A DNA stretch of 64,000 bases from Candidatus Delongbacteria bacterium (GTDB lineage: Bacteria; CAIWAD01), in assembly GCA_963663545.1 (NCBI GenBank), contig OY760505.1, forward strand, positions 2,336,001-2,400,000, in the 5' to 3' direction. Positions 1-10,088 of the stretch are shown piece after piece. Every line of letters begins with the position of its first letter. The first letter of the stretch is position 1. The notes under the pieces are model-generated. The model made no database searches. It saw only the letters and a program-made list of their open reading frames with translations, and had not been told where the DNA came from. The translations under genes and the position numbers were made by a program.

Positions 1-1488
1 GCAATAACGCCGCGTGTATCACACGGGCTGGATGTTCGCATTGTGCGCGGTAGGCATCCTTTGCTGATGAAGCATCTGGATGTTGTTCCGCTCGATCTGC
101 GCCTGGGCGGTGATACACGCGTGCTGTTGATCAGCGGACCCAACGCGGGTGGAAAGACAGTGGCGATGAAAACCGTCGGCTTGTTTGCCCTGATGCTGCG
201 TGCGGGGCTGCCGCTTCCTTGTGATGCAGGTACACGACTGCCGGTCTTCGAGACCGTACTGACGGACATTGGCGATCAGCAATCCATTGAGAACGATCTG
301 TCTACCTACAGCTCACACGTTGTGCGCATGAAGCGTATTGTATCACACATTCATCAGGAAGGCCTCTTTCTGGTGGACGAGTTGGGCAATGGCACCGATC
401 CCGAAGAGGGAAGCGCGGTGGCGATGGCCTTTCTTGAGCGCATGTTGCAGGCGCGCGGCCTGACTATCGCCAGCTCGCACCTTGGCCAGTTGAAAGCCTT
501 TGCGCACGACTGTGAGGGCATCGACAATGCCTCGATGAGTTTTGACGAAGAGCGTATCGAGCCCACGTTCCGACTGATCCAGGGCGTTCCCGGTGCGAGT
601 TATGCGGTGGAAATTCTGCAGCGCATGGAGATGCCCAAGGTGATCATTGATCGTGCGCGCCACTATCTGGGCAGCGAGCAGAAGAATCTGGCTCGGCTGA
701 TTGCGCGCATGCAGAGCACTTTGGCTGCTGCTGAAAAAAGTCGTCGTAACGTTGAAGCCCGAGAGATTGAAGTTGAATCGCTGACAAGTCAGTACCGCGA
801 ACGTATGAAGCGCGTGAAACAAGAGGCGCGTGAGCTCAAGCGGCAGGCGGTACTTGAAGCCGGTGATATCGTTGCCGGTGCCAACAAGCTCGTGGAGCAG
901 GCGGTTCGCGAGATACGCGAAGAGCAGGGCGCGCCAGTGACGGTGCAGTCGGTGCGTGGACGTATCACGGAAGAACGCGAGAAGCTGGAGCAGAGCTCGC
1001 GCAAGTTGAAACCGCGTGAGACAAAGCGCTTACCGATCGGCGAAATCAAGATTGGTGTACTGGTGCGTCTTAAGGACGTAGAGACTCCGGCGCGTGTCAC
1101 GGATATCGATCGGAATGGCCGCAAGCTACGCGTGGAAGCCGGTGTGCTTAAACTGACGGTGAACCGCGATCAGGTGGTCGAAATCGTTCCCGAGCAGCGC
1201 CAACGCCATATTCAAGGCGGCGTTGATGTGCAGATAGCCGATGCGCGCCTGCGACTGGATCTGCGCGGAATGCTGGGAGATGAGGCAATGGGTGCGGTTG
1301 ACCGCTATCTGGATGAGTGTCTGGTGGCAGGTCTGACCGAAGTGACTCTTCTTCACGGCAAGGGAACAGGCGCGTTGCGCAGTGTCGTGCGCGAGCATCT
1401 TGGCCGCTTCCATTTTGTTCGCGGATTTCGCGACGGGCACCCGGAAGAGGGCGGAGATGGTGTGACAATCGTTCGTTTGGATGTGTAA
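1..1488 (+). CDS. mutS2: Endonuclease MutS2 (5'-truncated by window edge)
   Basis: Frame open from base 1. Contains GRHPLL, Walker A SGPNAGGKT, DIGDQQSIENDLSTYS, DELGNGTDPEEG, a coiled coil and a C-terminal Smr domain (LDLRG...HGKGTGALR...EGGDGVT). Confidence 0.95.
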   Translation, partial: AITPRVSHGLDVRIVRGRHPLLMKHLDVVPLDLRLGGDTRVLLISGPNAGGKTVAMKTVGLFALMLRAGLPLPCDAGTRLPVFETVLTDIGDQQSIENDLSTYSSHVVRMKRIVSHIHQEGLFLVDELGNGTDPEEGSAVAMAFLERMLQARGLTIASSHLGQLKAFAHDCEGIDNASMSFDEERIEPTFRLIQGVPGASYAVEILQRMEMPKVIIDRARHYLGSEQKNLARLIARMQSTLAAAEKSRRNVEAREIEVESLTSQYRERMKRVKQEARELKRQAVLEAGDIVAGANKLVEQAVREIREEQGAPVTVQSVRGRITEEREKLEQSSRKLKPRETKRLPIGEIKIGVLVRLKDVETPARVTDIDRNGRKLRVEAGVLKLTVNRDQVVEIVPEQRQRHIQGGVDVQIADARLRLDLRGMLGDEAMGAVDRYLDECLVAGLTEVTLLHGKGTGALRSVVREHLGRFHFVRGFRDGHPEEGGDGVTIVRLDV

Positions 1489-3323
1489 TGGGACGCATAC
1501 CGGAAAGCGTGATACAGGACATTCTGTCCGCTGTGGATATCGTTGACCTGGTTAGCGAGTACTTAACGCTGAAGCGCGCCGGTGCCCATTTCAAGGGTCT
1601 GTGTCCCTTTCACCAGGAGAAAACGCCCTCGTTCACGGTGAATCCCGCGCTGAACATCTACAAGTGTTTTGGCTGTGGCAAAGGCGGCAATGCCATTGGC
1701 TTTGTCATGGAAGCCGAGGGCTTGAGCTTCCCTGAGGCCGCGCGTTTGCTGGCCGAGCGCGTGGGCGTTGTCGTTCCAGAAGAAGAGGACCCTGCTGCAA
1801 GCAAAGCGCGTCGTACTACAGAAGAATTGCTGCTGGCCATCAATCGCACGGCACAGGAGTGGTTTCGTGCCAACCTCAAACGTGAAGCACATCGCGATGG
1901 GGAATTGTCGGAGTATTTGCATCGTCGTGGTTTGGGTCACGACCTGATCGAGAGCTTTCAGCTTGGTTGGGTTCCCGCCGAATGGGATGGCCTATATCGC
2001 CACGCCGTATCACAAGGTTTCAGTGAGGAGCAGCTACTGAAATCAGGGCTTGTAACACGCGCCCGTAACGGGAATCCCATTGACCGCTATCGAGGTCGTC
2101 TGGTTTTTCCTATTCGCAATGTCAGCGGTACCCTTGTGGGCTTTGGCGGTCGTATTGTCGCTGGCGGTGATGCCGACACTCCCAAGTACATCAATAGCCC
2201 CGAGACGGAGTTGTATCACAAGGGTCGCAACCTGTACGGCTTGTTCGAGGGTAAGAACGAAGCCCGCAAATTTCGACGGTTGGTGTTGGTTGAAGGCTAC
2301 ATGGATCTGATTGCCTTGCACGCTGCAGGCATCGGCAACGTAGCTGCCAGTCTTGGAACCGCATTGACGCGGGAGCAGGCGCTGCTGATTCGTCGTTTCG
2401 CCGAGCGCGTAATCTTCCTCTACGACGGTGATGCTGCGGGTCAAAAGGCGATGGCGCGTGGAGCTCGCAACTTGCTAGCCGTTGGACTTGACCTTCGTGT
2501 AGCACGTCTTCCCGAAGGGCAGGACCCCGACGATTTGTTGCACAGCGAGGGCGCGGATGCGCTGGCGCAGGTGTTGGCCGAAGCACAGGATTACTTCCTC
2601 TTTCGTACACGCAACTACCGTGATACAGCCGATAAAGCATCACCCACTGCCTATCGTGATTTTGTAACGGAGCTGGCGGGAGCAGCCGCTGAAGTTGAGG
2701 ACCTGATTCTGCGCAATCAGCTACAGCAGCGGATCAGTCACGCCACAGGTATTCCACTGGATGAAGTCGCCCTGCTTGTGCGTGAGGAAAAGAAGCGCAG
2801 CGAACGTCAAGCAGATCATCATGAAGAAGGAAGCTCTCTGCCAAGTGCTCCCGCGCGCTTTGACACCGGATTTGGAACACGCGAGGCCCGTCGAGAAAAA
2901 GCCCTCTTTGAGCTTTTCATGCGCAATCCAGGCCAGCGCGAGCGAATTGCCGATGACCTTGATCTGGCCGCACTGCAGCATCCCGTGATACGCGAAGCCT
3001 TTGCGCAGGCCTTGCGTGTTCTCCTTGGCGATGATAGTTCCGTGGATAGTTGGGCGCACGCCTGCGAGAATCAACGTATTCGCGAGCTGGCCTTATCGGG
3101 GTTGGTTGAGGCCCCGCGACCCGGTGACGCCAGAGAGGTCGAAGATCTGCTGCTGCAGATGGAGCGTGAGCGACTGGACAAGCAGCTGCGTGAACTGCAG
3201 GCGCGTCAACGGGAGGCCACGCCCGACCAGCGCGTCTTGTTGAACGAGGAGTTCTCTGCGCTAACCATACAGCGCCGTCAAGTGCTCGAGAGCCTTGAAC
3301 GTAATCGTCATGCACAGGATTAA
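1488..3323 (+). CDS. dnaG: DNA primase
   Basis: Zinc finger CPFHQEKTPSF...CFGCG, KYINSPET, TOPRIM VEGYMD...YDGDAAG, DPDD. Start re-called to ATG 1488, which overlaps the mutS2 stop (TAATG). Confidence 0.96.
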   Translation: MGRIPESVIQDILSAVDIVDLVSEYLTLKRAGAHFKGLCPFHQEKTPSFTVNPALNIYKCFGCGKGGNAIGFVMEAEGLSFPEAARLLAERVGVVVPEEEDPAASKARRTTEELLLAINRTAQEWFRANLKREAHRDGELSEYLHRRGLGHDLIESFQLGWVPAEWDGLYRHAVSQGFSEEQLLKSGLVTRARNGNPIDRYRGRLVFPIRNVSGTLVGFGGRIVAGGDADTPKYINSPETELYHKGRNLYGLFEGKNEARKFRRLVLVEGYMDLIALHAAGIGNVAASLGTALTREQALLIRRFAERVIFLYDGDAAGQKAMARGARNLLAVGLDLRVARLPEGQDPDDLLHSEGADALAQVLAEAQDYFLFRTRNYRDTADKASPTAYRDFVTELAGAAAEVEDLILRNQLQQRISHATGIPLDEVALLVREEKKRSERQADHHEEGSSLPSAPARFDTGFGTREARREKALFELFMRNPGQRERIADDLDLAALQHPVIREAFAQALRVLLGDDSSVDSWAHACENQRIRELALSGLVEAPRPGDAREVEDLLLQMERERLDKQLRELQARQREATPDQRVLLNEEFSALTIQRRQVLESLERNRHAQD

Positions 3324-3328
3324 GGTGC

Positions 3329-5236
3329 TTATCTAAGCTGTTCGCTCACCGTAGCACGCGTATCACGTCCAAGAGCTGCCGTGACACGAGTGAAGAGCTC
3401 TTCGAGGTTGAAGGGCTTGCGTATCACGCCTTTGACGCCCTCGCGGGCCAGCTGCGACGGATCCAGCAAATCGGCATAGGCGGTAAAGAAGAGCGTGGGC
3501 AAGTCGGGCCGGATGCGGCGCAATTCCTGCAACAGCTCCCAGCCGTTCATCTGCGGCATGCGCATGTCCAACAGAGCCAGGTCAACGCGATCACCAGCTT
3601 CGGCGAACCATTCAAGCGCTTCCGGACCGCCGGGGAAGGCGCGCACGGCAAAGCCAAGATCGCGCAGAATGTTGCGTGCTACGCCACGCACAACAACATC
3701 ATCGTCCACCAACAGAATGAGCGCCTGCGGCTCGTTGGGGTGCAGGCTGCCGGGGCGCACACCGGACTCGCACAGCGGCAGCAGGATGCGGAACTCAGTG
3801 CCAAAGCCTTTGCGGCTGTCCACTTCGACCGTCCCTTGATGATTGCGCACGCAGCTATAAACACTTGCCAGGCCAAGTCCGGTACCTTTGCCGCGTCCTT
3901 TTGTCGTAAAAAACGGCTCGAAGATGTGAGACAGCACTTCTTCTTCCATGCCGGTGCCCGTGTCACACACGCTCAGTCGGATCCAAGAACTGGAATCTGC
4001 AGGGCGCTCGTTACTGGCGTGATTCAAACGAACAGTCTCAGTGCGGAACAGTAGCCTTCCACCTTCGGGCATGGCATCGCGGGCGTTGAAACCCAGGTTG
4101 ATCAGCGCATTTTGTAGTTCACCGGGATCTCCCAGCAGCACGCAGTTTGCAGCTTGCTCTTCGAGGTGAACGTCAATGTGGCGGCAACTGTGTTTCAGTA
4201 GATCCATTGTATCACGCAGAATGCGGTGCAGGTTCACACTCTGGAAGCTGGAGCGATCGGTGCGCGAAAACCCAAGAAGCTTGCGCACCAGCTCGCTGGC
4301 GGCTTCGCTGGTGGCTGCAATGCGCTGCAGGTGCTCGGCAACAGGCTCGTCGCCAAACTGTTTTAGTGCGTTGCCCACATAGCCGGAAATGGACATCAAT
4401 TGATTGTTGAAGTCATGGGCAATGGCGCCCGCCAGTTGTCCCATGCTTTCCATTTTCTGAGCCTGCTGAAACTGACGTTCTAGCTGTCGGCGACGACGAT
4501 CTTCGTCGTGTCGCGCAGTCAGATCCTGGGCCAATAGCAGCAAATGTCCACTGTCAAGTGGCGACCAGGAAATCTCGTAGGGAACGCCACCGATTTCAAT
4601 CTCACGCGTGCAGCGAGATCCAGATCTTGCAGAGTGCTTTACCGGGCACCATTCGCAGTCTTCGGGCAGGCAATTGAAAATCGTGCTGCAATGCAGTCCG
4701 GGCCGGATTCCCTGACGCTGAGCGGCGAGGTTGCTTGTGATACATTTGCCTGCATTGTCCACTAAAGCGGCCAACATCGGCATTGCATCAAGCAGTTCCT
4801 GATTGTTGCGTTGGTTACGGCGTTGTACCGAATCGGCGCTTGCAAGCAGTTGGGCTGCATCCAGACGGTCGAGAATGCGATGGATGGAATGGGGCAACAG
4901 ATCGAGAAAGCCCGTTTCCTTCATCAGCAGGTCAGCGGCGCCTGCCTGCATCAGCCGTACGCTGCGTCGCACATCGCACTTGTTGCAGAGTACCATCCAC
5001 GGTGTGGTGATTTCACGCCGCTGGAGCTCAATAGGCAGGGCCTCGTCCGGCAGACCTGTCTGGTCCGGATCAAAGACAATGATGTTGCTCTGTCGCAAGG
5101 CCGGGTGCTTGAGTAGCTCATCATAGCGAGTGAGGTGTGCTACAAGAAAACCCGCCTCATGCAGGCAGGTGGAAAGAATACGCCCCATTTTGGGGTCTGA
5201 CTCGAGGAGCAGAATTTGTCGATGGCGTTGGAGCAT
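3329..5236 (-). CDS. Hybrid sensor histidine kinase/response regulator (REC-PAS-HisKA-HATPase-REC, CckA-like)
   Basis: QAQKMESMGQLAGAIAHDFNN H-box, NARDAM, DTGTGM, FEPFFTTK, GTGLGL. C-terminal REC (LVDDD, LLDMRMP, KPF); atypical N-terminal REC. Confidence 0.9.
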   Translation of the reverse strand: MLQRHRQILLLESDPKMGRILSTCLHEAGFLVAHLTRYDELLKHPALRQSNIIVFDPDQTGLPDEALPIELQRREITTPWMVLCNKCDVRRSVRLMQAGAADLLMKETGFLDLLPHSIHRILDRLDAAQLLASADSVQRRNQRNNQELLDAMPMLAALVDNAGKCITSNLAAQRQGIRPGLHCSTIFNCLPEDCEWCPVKHSARSGSRCTREIEIGGVPYEISWSPLDSGHLLLLAQDLTARHDEDRRRRQLERQFQQAQKMESMGQLAGAIAHDFNNQLMSISGYVGNALKQFGDEPVAEHLQRIAATSEAASELVRKLLGFSRTDRSSFQSVNLHRILRDTMDLLKHSCRHIDVHLEEQAANCVLLGDPGELQNALINLGFNARDAMPEGGRLLFRTETVRLNHASNERPADSSSWIRLSVCDTGTGMEEEVLSHIFEPFFTTKGRGKGTGLGLASVYSCVRNHQGTVEVDSRKGFGTEFRILLPLCESGVRPGSLHPNEPQALILLVDDDVVVRGVARNILRDLGFAVRAFPGGPEALEWFAEAGDRVDLALLDMRMPQMNGWELLQELRRIRPDLPTLFFTAYADLLDPSQLAREGVKGVIRKPFNLEELFTRVTAALGRDTRATVSEQLR

Positions 5237-5309
5237 GCGGGCACACAGCCAGTTTTAACCTACCCACTCACTTAGCGTCGGACACGAACCAAATAGAGTA
5301 TTTAGGCGG

Positions 5310-6383
5310 CTATTTGTCCAGCTTATAGAAGGAGAACAACGCAACAATCAGCACCGTCAGATTGGGCAACCAGGCGGCGGCTTCCGGACCGAGCAACTCT
5401 TTGTAGCCCATGTTCCGTAACACGACTTGCATTCCGTAATACAGAAAGCAAAGCAGCAAGCTCAGGCCTAAACCCTTCACCAGACCGCCGCGGTTTCTCC
5501 GCAGCGCCAGCGGCACACCCAGCAGAATAATCATCAGGTTCGCGAAGGGACTGGCCAGTTTGATCTGGGCGTCCACTTGCCAGCGCGTGATACGTGCTCC
5601 TGCCTGGCGCAATCGTGCAATCAGTCCGCCCAGCTCGCTGTAGTTCATCTCCTCGGGCACGGAACGCAGGCTCTGGATGTCGTAGGGATTGAGCTGCAGC
5701 TCGGGCACCGCCAGTACTTCGTGATGCAGCAGCCGGTTACGGGGCGCCAGCCAGCGTTCGTCCACGTCGTACATGGTCCACACGCTGTCGCGCAGCGAGA
5801 TACGTTCGGCGTCCAGTCGATGTGATACAGTGCTGCCATCAAACTGCAGGAAGACCGCGCGCCGCCCCTCGTTCTGCTCCAGGTTGAAATTGTCCAGGCT
5901 GAACATGCTGGAGGAGTCGTTCTGGAAATAGACGTGTCCGCTGTTCTGGCGCAGAGTGGGCGGCCGCTTCTTGATGCATGTCTGGTAAATTTCGTTGCGC
6001 TCGCCGGCGGTGTCGGTGACCAGTGTCTCACCCAGGTAGAACACGCCGACACTGACCAGTAGCCCCTGCAGGGCCAGCAGGCGCAGGATGCGTCCCGGGC
6101 TGATGCCACCCGCCTTCATCGCTGTGACCTCGGAGGTGCGCACCAGGCTGCCCAGGGAGAAGACCGTTGTCAGCAGCATCACCACCGGCGTGATCAGGTA
6201 GGCGATTTGCGGGATGTAGAGCAGATAGTAGCGAACGATGGTTTGCCAGCCGGTCTCCGTGTCGATGAACTTGTCCAGGTTCTCCATCAGGTCGACGGTG
6301 ATGAAAATGGCCACACTCGCCATTAGCGTGAACACGGCGATGCTCCAGAAGCGGCGCAGGATGTAGCGCGTAAGAAGGCTCAT
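5310..6383 (-). CDS. lptG: LPS export ABC transporter permease LptG
   Basis: YjgP/YjgQ pattern (RYILR, SEVTAMKAGGIS, PEEMN, AAWLPN); directly downstream of and overlapping lptF. Confidence 0.85.
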   Translation of the reverse strand: MSLLTRYILRRFWSIAVFTLMASVAIFITVDLMENLDKFIDTETGWQTIVRYYLLYIPQIAYLITPVVMLLTTVFSLGSLVRTSEVTAMKAGGISPGRILRLLALQGLLVSVGVFYLGETLVTDTAGERNEIYQTCIKKRPPTLRQNSGHVYFQNDSSSMFSLDNFNLEQNEGRRAVFLQFDGSTVSHRLDAERISLRDSVWTMYDVDERWLAPRNRLLHHEVLAVPELQLNPYDIQSLRSVPEEMNYSELGGLIARLRQAGARITRWQVDAQIKLASPFANLMIILLGVPLALRRNRGGLVKGLGLSLLLCFLYYGMQVVLRNMGYKELLGPEAAAWLPNLTVLIVALFSFYKLDK

Positions 6384-7654
6384 GCGCGCGGTTCCTCATC
6401 GCTGCTGGCTTCTTCCAACTCTGCGGCCAGGCGGCTCATCGCTTTCATCTCGGCCTGGTTCTGGCTGTCCTCCTGGATCACACCGCGCTTGCGGAAGAGA
6501 TGGCGAATCCAATGGGGTAGCTGCAGTGGCGTTCCCTCGCGACCCACGCTGCGCATCAGGTAGATGCCCGCCAAGCCCAGCAGCATGTTTGGGGTCCACA
6601 TCGCAACCCAGGGAGGCACAAAACCTCGATCTGCCAAGTCCTCGCCGCCGATGAGGAAGATCCAGTAGATGAGGAAGAAGGCCACGCTGAGGCCTCCTGA
6701 CATGCCGATACCGCCGGAGCCGGATTTGATGCCTAACGGCGCACCGATAAGAATGAAGACCAGGATGGCAACCGGCAGCGAGAGCTTTTTGTGAATCTCG
6801 ACCCAATAGCTGCGAATACGACGCTCGTTGCGCACCGGATCGCGCTCGTGCCACTCCTGAATTCGCTCCAGCATTTGCGCTATTGTCTGCTCGCGGTCGC
6901 CGCGGTATTTGGACGTCTGCCGCTGTAACACCATGCCCCGCGCCTCGATGTACAGGTCGCAGGATTCGAAGTCGATCATGCTGTAGCTGTCAGGATCCTT
7001 CCATGTGTTGCGGTGGATCTGACCGTCGTAGAGATGCAGGTTGAAGCGCGCGTGCTGCTCCTCGAAGAGCAGATCGGCGCTATCCGCCAGAATGGTCGTC
7101 TGCATCTTGCTGTCGCTCTCGTCAAAAATGGTTACACCGCTCATGCGTCGTGTTTCGTGATTCACGTGACGACTGTGTATCACATAATCGGGCACGTCAA
7201 AGAGAAAGAGACTCTCTTCCATCTGCATCGTTGGTTGTTTGCGCATGATGCTTCGCCGCAGCAGGCTGGAGCGATAGTTGAATTCGGGCAACACCCAGTT
7301 GTTGTAGGCGATCAGCGCTACCATTAACAGCGTGCCAGCGATCAGCACCGGGCGGACGAGTCGCGGCAGGCCTACGCCGCTCGCCTTCAGCGCTGTGATT
7401 TCGTGATCGCCGGCAAGACGACCGAAAGCCATCAGGGTGGCGATGAGTGCGGCCATTGGCACAGCCATCGCTAGAATCCATGCAATGTTGTAAAGGAAGA
7501 ATTCGAGGATGACACGCAGCTCGATACCCTTGCCCAGAATCTTGCCCAGGATCTGAAAGGCGAAGTTGAGCACGAAGAGGAACACAATCAGCGTCAGACT
7601 GCTGAAGAAGGGGGAGACGTGCTCTCGCAGGATGTAGCGGGACAGGGTTCTCAC
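6380..7654 (-). CDS. lptF: LPS export ABC transporter permease LptF
   Basis: RYILREH, GRLAGDHEITALKASG, EIHKKLSLP, AMWTPN. Start re-called to GTG 7654, with GGAG upstream. Confidence 0.85.
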   Translation of the reverse strand: MRTLSRYILREHVSPFFSSLTLIVFLFVLNFAFQILGKILGKGIELRVILEFFLYNIAWILAMAVPMAALIATLMAFGRLAGDHEITALKASGVGLPRLVRPVLIAGTLLMVALIAYNNWVLPEFNYRSSLLRRSIMRKQPTMQMEESLFLFDVPDYVIHSRHVNHETRRMSGVTIFDESDSKMQTTILADSADLLFEEQHARFNLHLYDGQIHRNTWKDPDSYSMIDFESCDLYIEARGMVLQRQTSKYRGDREQTIAQMLERIQEWHERDPVRNERRIRSYWVEIHKKLSLPVAILVFILIGAPLGIKSGSGGIGMSGGLSVAFFLIYWIFLIGGEDLADRGFVPPWVAMWTPNMLLGLAGIYLMRSVGREGTPLQLPHWIRHLFRKRGVIQEDSQNQAEMKAMSRLAAELEEASSDEEPRA

Positions 7655-7739
7655 GTTGCTCCATCGTGGATTCGGCCAAAACACGGACGGCATCCCCGCA
7701 AGGATGCCGCCTCAAAGTATGAAATCCCCGGCTCCCGCC

Positions 7740-8411
7740 TTAACGGCGGTCGGACAGGCGTAGGATCACCATGAACAAATTGAAGATGTCCAGAAACAGG
7801 CTGAGGGCTGCTGCCGTTGCCGGAATGCGATTCCCGTAATACATGATGCGACTGAGGTCCATCAGGATGAAGCCGTTGAAGAGCAGGGCGATGATCACGT
7901 CCAGTCCAAAGGCCAGTTTGGCGGAGCCGATGAACATGTTGATCACCATGCCGCCGATCATTGTCAATAGGCCGATGACCAGGAAACCGCGCAGGAAGCT
8001 GAAATCGCGGCGTGATACAAGCGTGTAAGCCGCCAGGCCGCTCACATTGAGCAAGGTCAGCACACCCGCCTTCATCAGCAGCTCTGCGCCGCCCACTTTG
8101 GATAAATAAATGGCGAAGGTCGGGGCGCTCAATAGGCCCATGGCGAAGGTGAAGACATAAAAGGCGATGGCCGCGTTGGGTCCGGTACTGGCGCGCTGTG
8201 CCCAGATGATCAGGCCAAAGAGCGGCAGAATAGCAAAGAAGCCCAGACTGAAAATGATGCGTAACACGGCGGGAGTCATGCCCACCTGGGCACCGGCAGC
8301 CGCCACAAGCATTCCCAGCAGCACAAAGCCGAACACCTTGCGCACGTAGGTGACCTGCGCCGGGTTATTGCTGATGGTCAGTCCGATTGTATTGAAGCTG
8401 AACGGGGTCAT
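7740..8411 (-). CDS. Bax inhibitor-1/YccA family membrane protein
   Basis: About 7 hydrophobic segments; RDFSFL and AALSLFLDIFNLF motifs; AGGAGG RBS. Confidence 0.88.
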   Translation of the reverse strand: MTPFSFNTIGLTISNNPAQVTYVRKVFGFVLLGMLVAAAGAQVGMTPAVLRIIFSLGFFAILPLFGLIIWAQRASTGPNAAIAFYVFTFAMGLLSAPTFAIYLSKVGGAELLMKAGVLTLLNVSGLAAYTLVSRRDFSFLRGFLVIGLLTMIGGMVINMFIGSAKLAFGLDVIIALLFNGFILMDLSRIMYYGNRIPATAAALSLFLDIFNLFMVILRLSDRR

Positions 8412-8437
8412 TGTTTCCTCCTGTGAAATCCGGCGGG

Positions 8438-9148
8438 CTAATTATCGCCGTTTATCGGACGCAATACAAGGTCTTCCACCAGCAATCGCTGGTCTGTGGC
8501 ACTTGCCTCAAAGATGTGGCGACCGACAGTGTCTGCGTCCATCAGCGCCGAAGTGTCTTCCATGCGCTGTTGCCAAATGGGCGTTTCCGTCATGCCGGGA
8601 TACACGTTCGTGATACGCACTCCCTTGCCGCGAAGCTCACCGCGAGCCGCATCCATCAGTGCTTTCAATCCTGCCTTGCTGGCCGCGTACCAGCCTGTTC
8701 CAGGAAAGGCGCGTAGCGCGGCCACGCTCAACACATTGGTTACCTGCAAGCCGCGACCCGCCTCGATACTGCGTGTGGCGGCTGCCTTCAGTAATCGCCA
8801 GGGTGCCAGCAGATTGGTCTCGAGTTGTGCCGAGGCGTTCTCTTCATCGGCCTTCAGCAGGCCTGCCGGTAGAAACACACCAGCGTTGTTCACCAACACG
8901 TCCAGAGCGCCAGTTTCCTTCCAGACTGTGGCGACCAACTCGTTCGCCGCCTGCGGATCACGCAGATCGATGGCATGCACCCTGACCGTGCCTGTATCAC
9001 GCAACTCGTCCTGAGCCATTCTCAAAGTCTCTTCGCGACGACCCGCAAGATACACGCGATCGCCGGCTGCCAGAAAGTGCCGCGCACAGGCCAGACCAAT
9101 GCCACTGCCACCACCGGTAATCAGCACAATCCGTTCATGCTTGCTCAT
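8438..9148 (-). CDS. SDR oxidoreductase, probable Chlorobium-type sepiapterin reductase
   Basis: TGGGSGIG, NNAG, YAASK, C-terminal LVLRPINGD. Start ATG 9148 overlaps the PTPS stop. Confidence 0.8.
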   Translation of the reverse strand: MSKHERIVLITGGGSGIGLACARHFLAAGDRVYLAGRREETLRMAQDELRDTGTVRVHAIDLRDPQAANELVATVWKETGALDVLVNNAGVFLPAGLLKADEENASAQLETNLLAPWRLLKAAATRSIEAGRGLQVTNVLSVAALRAFPGTGWYAASKAGLKALMDAARGELRGKGVRITNVYPGMTETPIWQQRMEDTSALMDADTVGRHIFEASATDQRLLVEDLVLRPINGDN

Positions 9149-9564
9149 CAGCACTCCTTTCTGAGGAGGACCACGTTCTGTTCGTTCTCTTCGAGTCTGA
9201 GCTCCCATAAATCCCCGCGAGGCAGTGCAGGTTCCAGCTCGCGCCAAATTGCCGCCAGCAGGTTCTCAGAAGTTGGAATGATGCCTGCCATGAAGTCGAC
9301 GTCAAGATTCAGATTGTGATGATCCAGTTTGTCAATGACGCGGCTGCGCAGAATGCCTGAAAGCTCACCCAGCTCGATCAGCATGCCGGTGGCAGGATCG
9401 ACCTCGCCGCGTACGGTCACTGACAGCTTGTAGTTGTGACCGTGACCGTTTGGGTTGGCACATGGACCGTAGAGGCGCGCGTTTTCTTCCTGGCTTAGTG
9501 CCGGATGAAACAGCCGGTGGGCGGCGCAAAAGGTCTCCGTGCGTGTGACAAAACAGACGGGCAT
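9148..9564 (-). CDS. 6-pyruvoyl-tetrahydropterin synthase (PTPS/QueD family, animal-like CxNPNGHGHNY type)
   Basis: FCAAHRL, YGPCANPNGHGHNY, DPATGM, LDHHNLN, PTSENL. Confidence 0.92.
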   Translation of the reverse strand: MPVCFVTRTETFCAAHRLFHPALSQEENARLYGPCANPNGHGHNYKLSVTVRGEVDPATGMLIELGELSGILRSRVIDKLDHHNLNLDVDFMAGIIPTSENLLAAIWRELEPALPRGDLWELRLEENEQNVVLLRKEC

Positions 9565-9635
9565 GCTGCCTCCGCGTTGTTAAAGGACCCACCAAATGCC
9601 AGGCGGCAATGGGGGCCGCTTTCTATCTTGATGGC

Positions 9636-10085
9636 ATGGAACCGCTGATACGTATTTGCCAGCCACGTGATCTTCGCAACGTGCTCGATTTGTGGCGGCG
9701 CTGCGGCATTCATCTGGGCTTCTCTGAGCGTCTTGATCAGCTTCGGCGCGCCTTCGATTGCTACCCCGAGCTTTTTCTGCTGGCCGAATTTGGCACTCGC
9801 ATCATTGGCGCAGTCTGGGGTACCTTTGATGGTCGTCGCGGTGTGATCAACCACCTGGCTGTAGACTCCGACTGGCGCGGTCAGGGTTTGGGTGAAGCCC
9901 TGCTCAAGGAACTATTGACGCGTCTGGCTCAACTGAACGCGGTCAAGGTACACCTACAAGTGCAAAGGGACAACGACGAGCGCTACCAACGACTGGTGGC
10001 CTGGTATTGCTCCCTTGGCTTCTATCCCCGAGACGATCTTGTCATGATGAGCGTGGACCTGCGGGAAAATTCCTGGGAGACCTGA
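9636..10085 (+). CDS. GNAT family acetyltransferase (YpeA-like)
   Basis: DGRRGVINHLAV...RGQGLG acetyl-CoA motif and WYCSLGF. Start is 9636 or 9609. Confidence 0.85.
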   Translation: MEPLIRICQPRDLRNVLDLWRRCGIHLGFSERLDQLRRAFDCYPELFLLAEFGTRIIGAVWGTFDGRRGVINHLAVDSDWRGQGLGEALLKELLTRLAQLNAVKVHLQVQRDNDERYQRLVAWYCSLGFYPRDDLVMMSVDLRENSWET

Positions 10086-10088
10086 ACC

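Noticed and set aside
1317..1487. N-terminal extensions given in the ORF track for dnaG, and similarly for lptF, SDR, lpxK, ptmE, legC, GT9, CgeB-like and EEP genes
   Set aside because: They mostly overlap upstream genes; downstream starts with RBS or stop-start coupling fit family lengths better.
7689..7707. Hairpin GGCATCC-N-GGATGCC between the yccA-like gene and lptF
   Set aside because: The U-tract is short and offset; could be a weak terminator or stabiliser but is not well enough supported.
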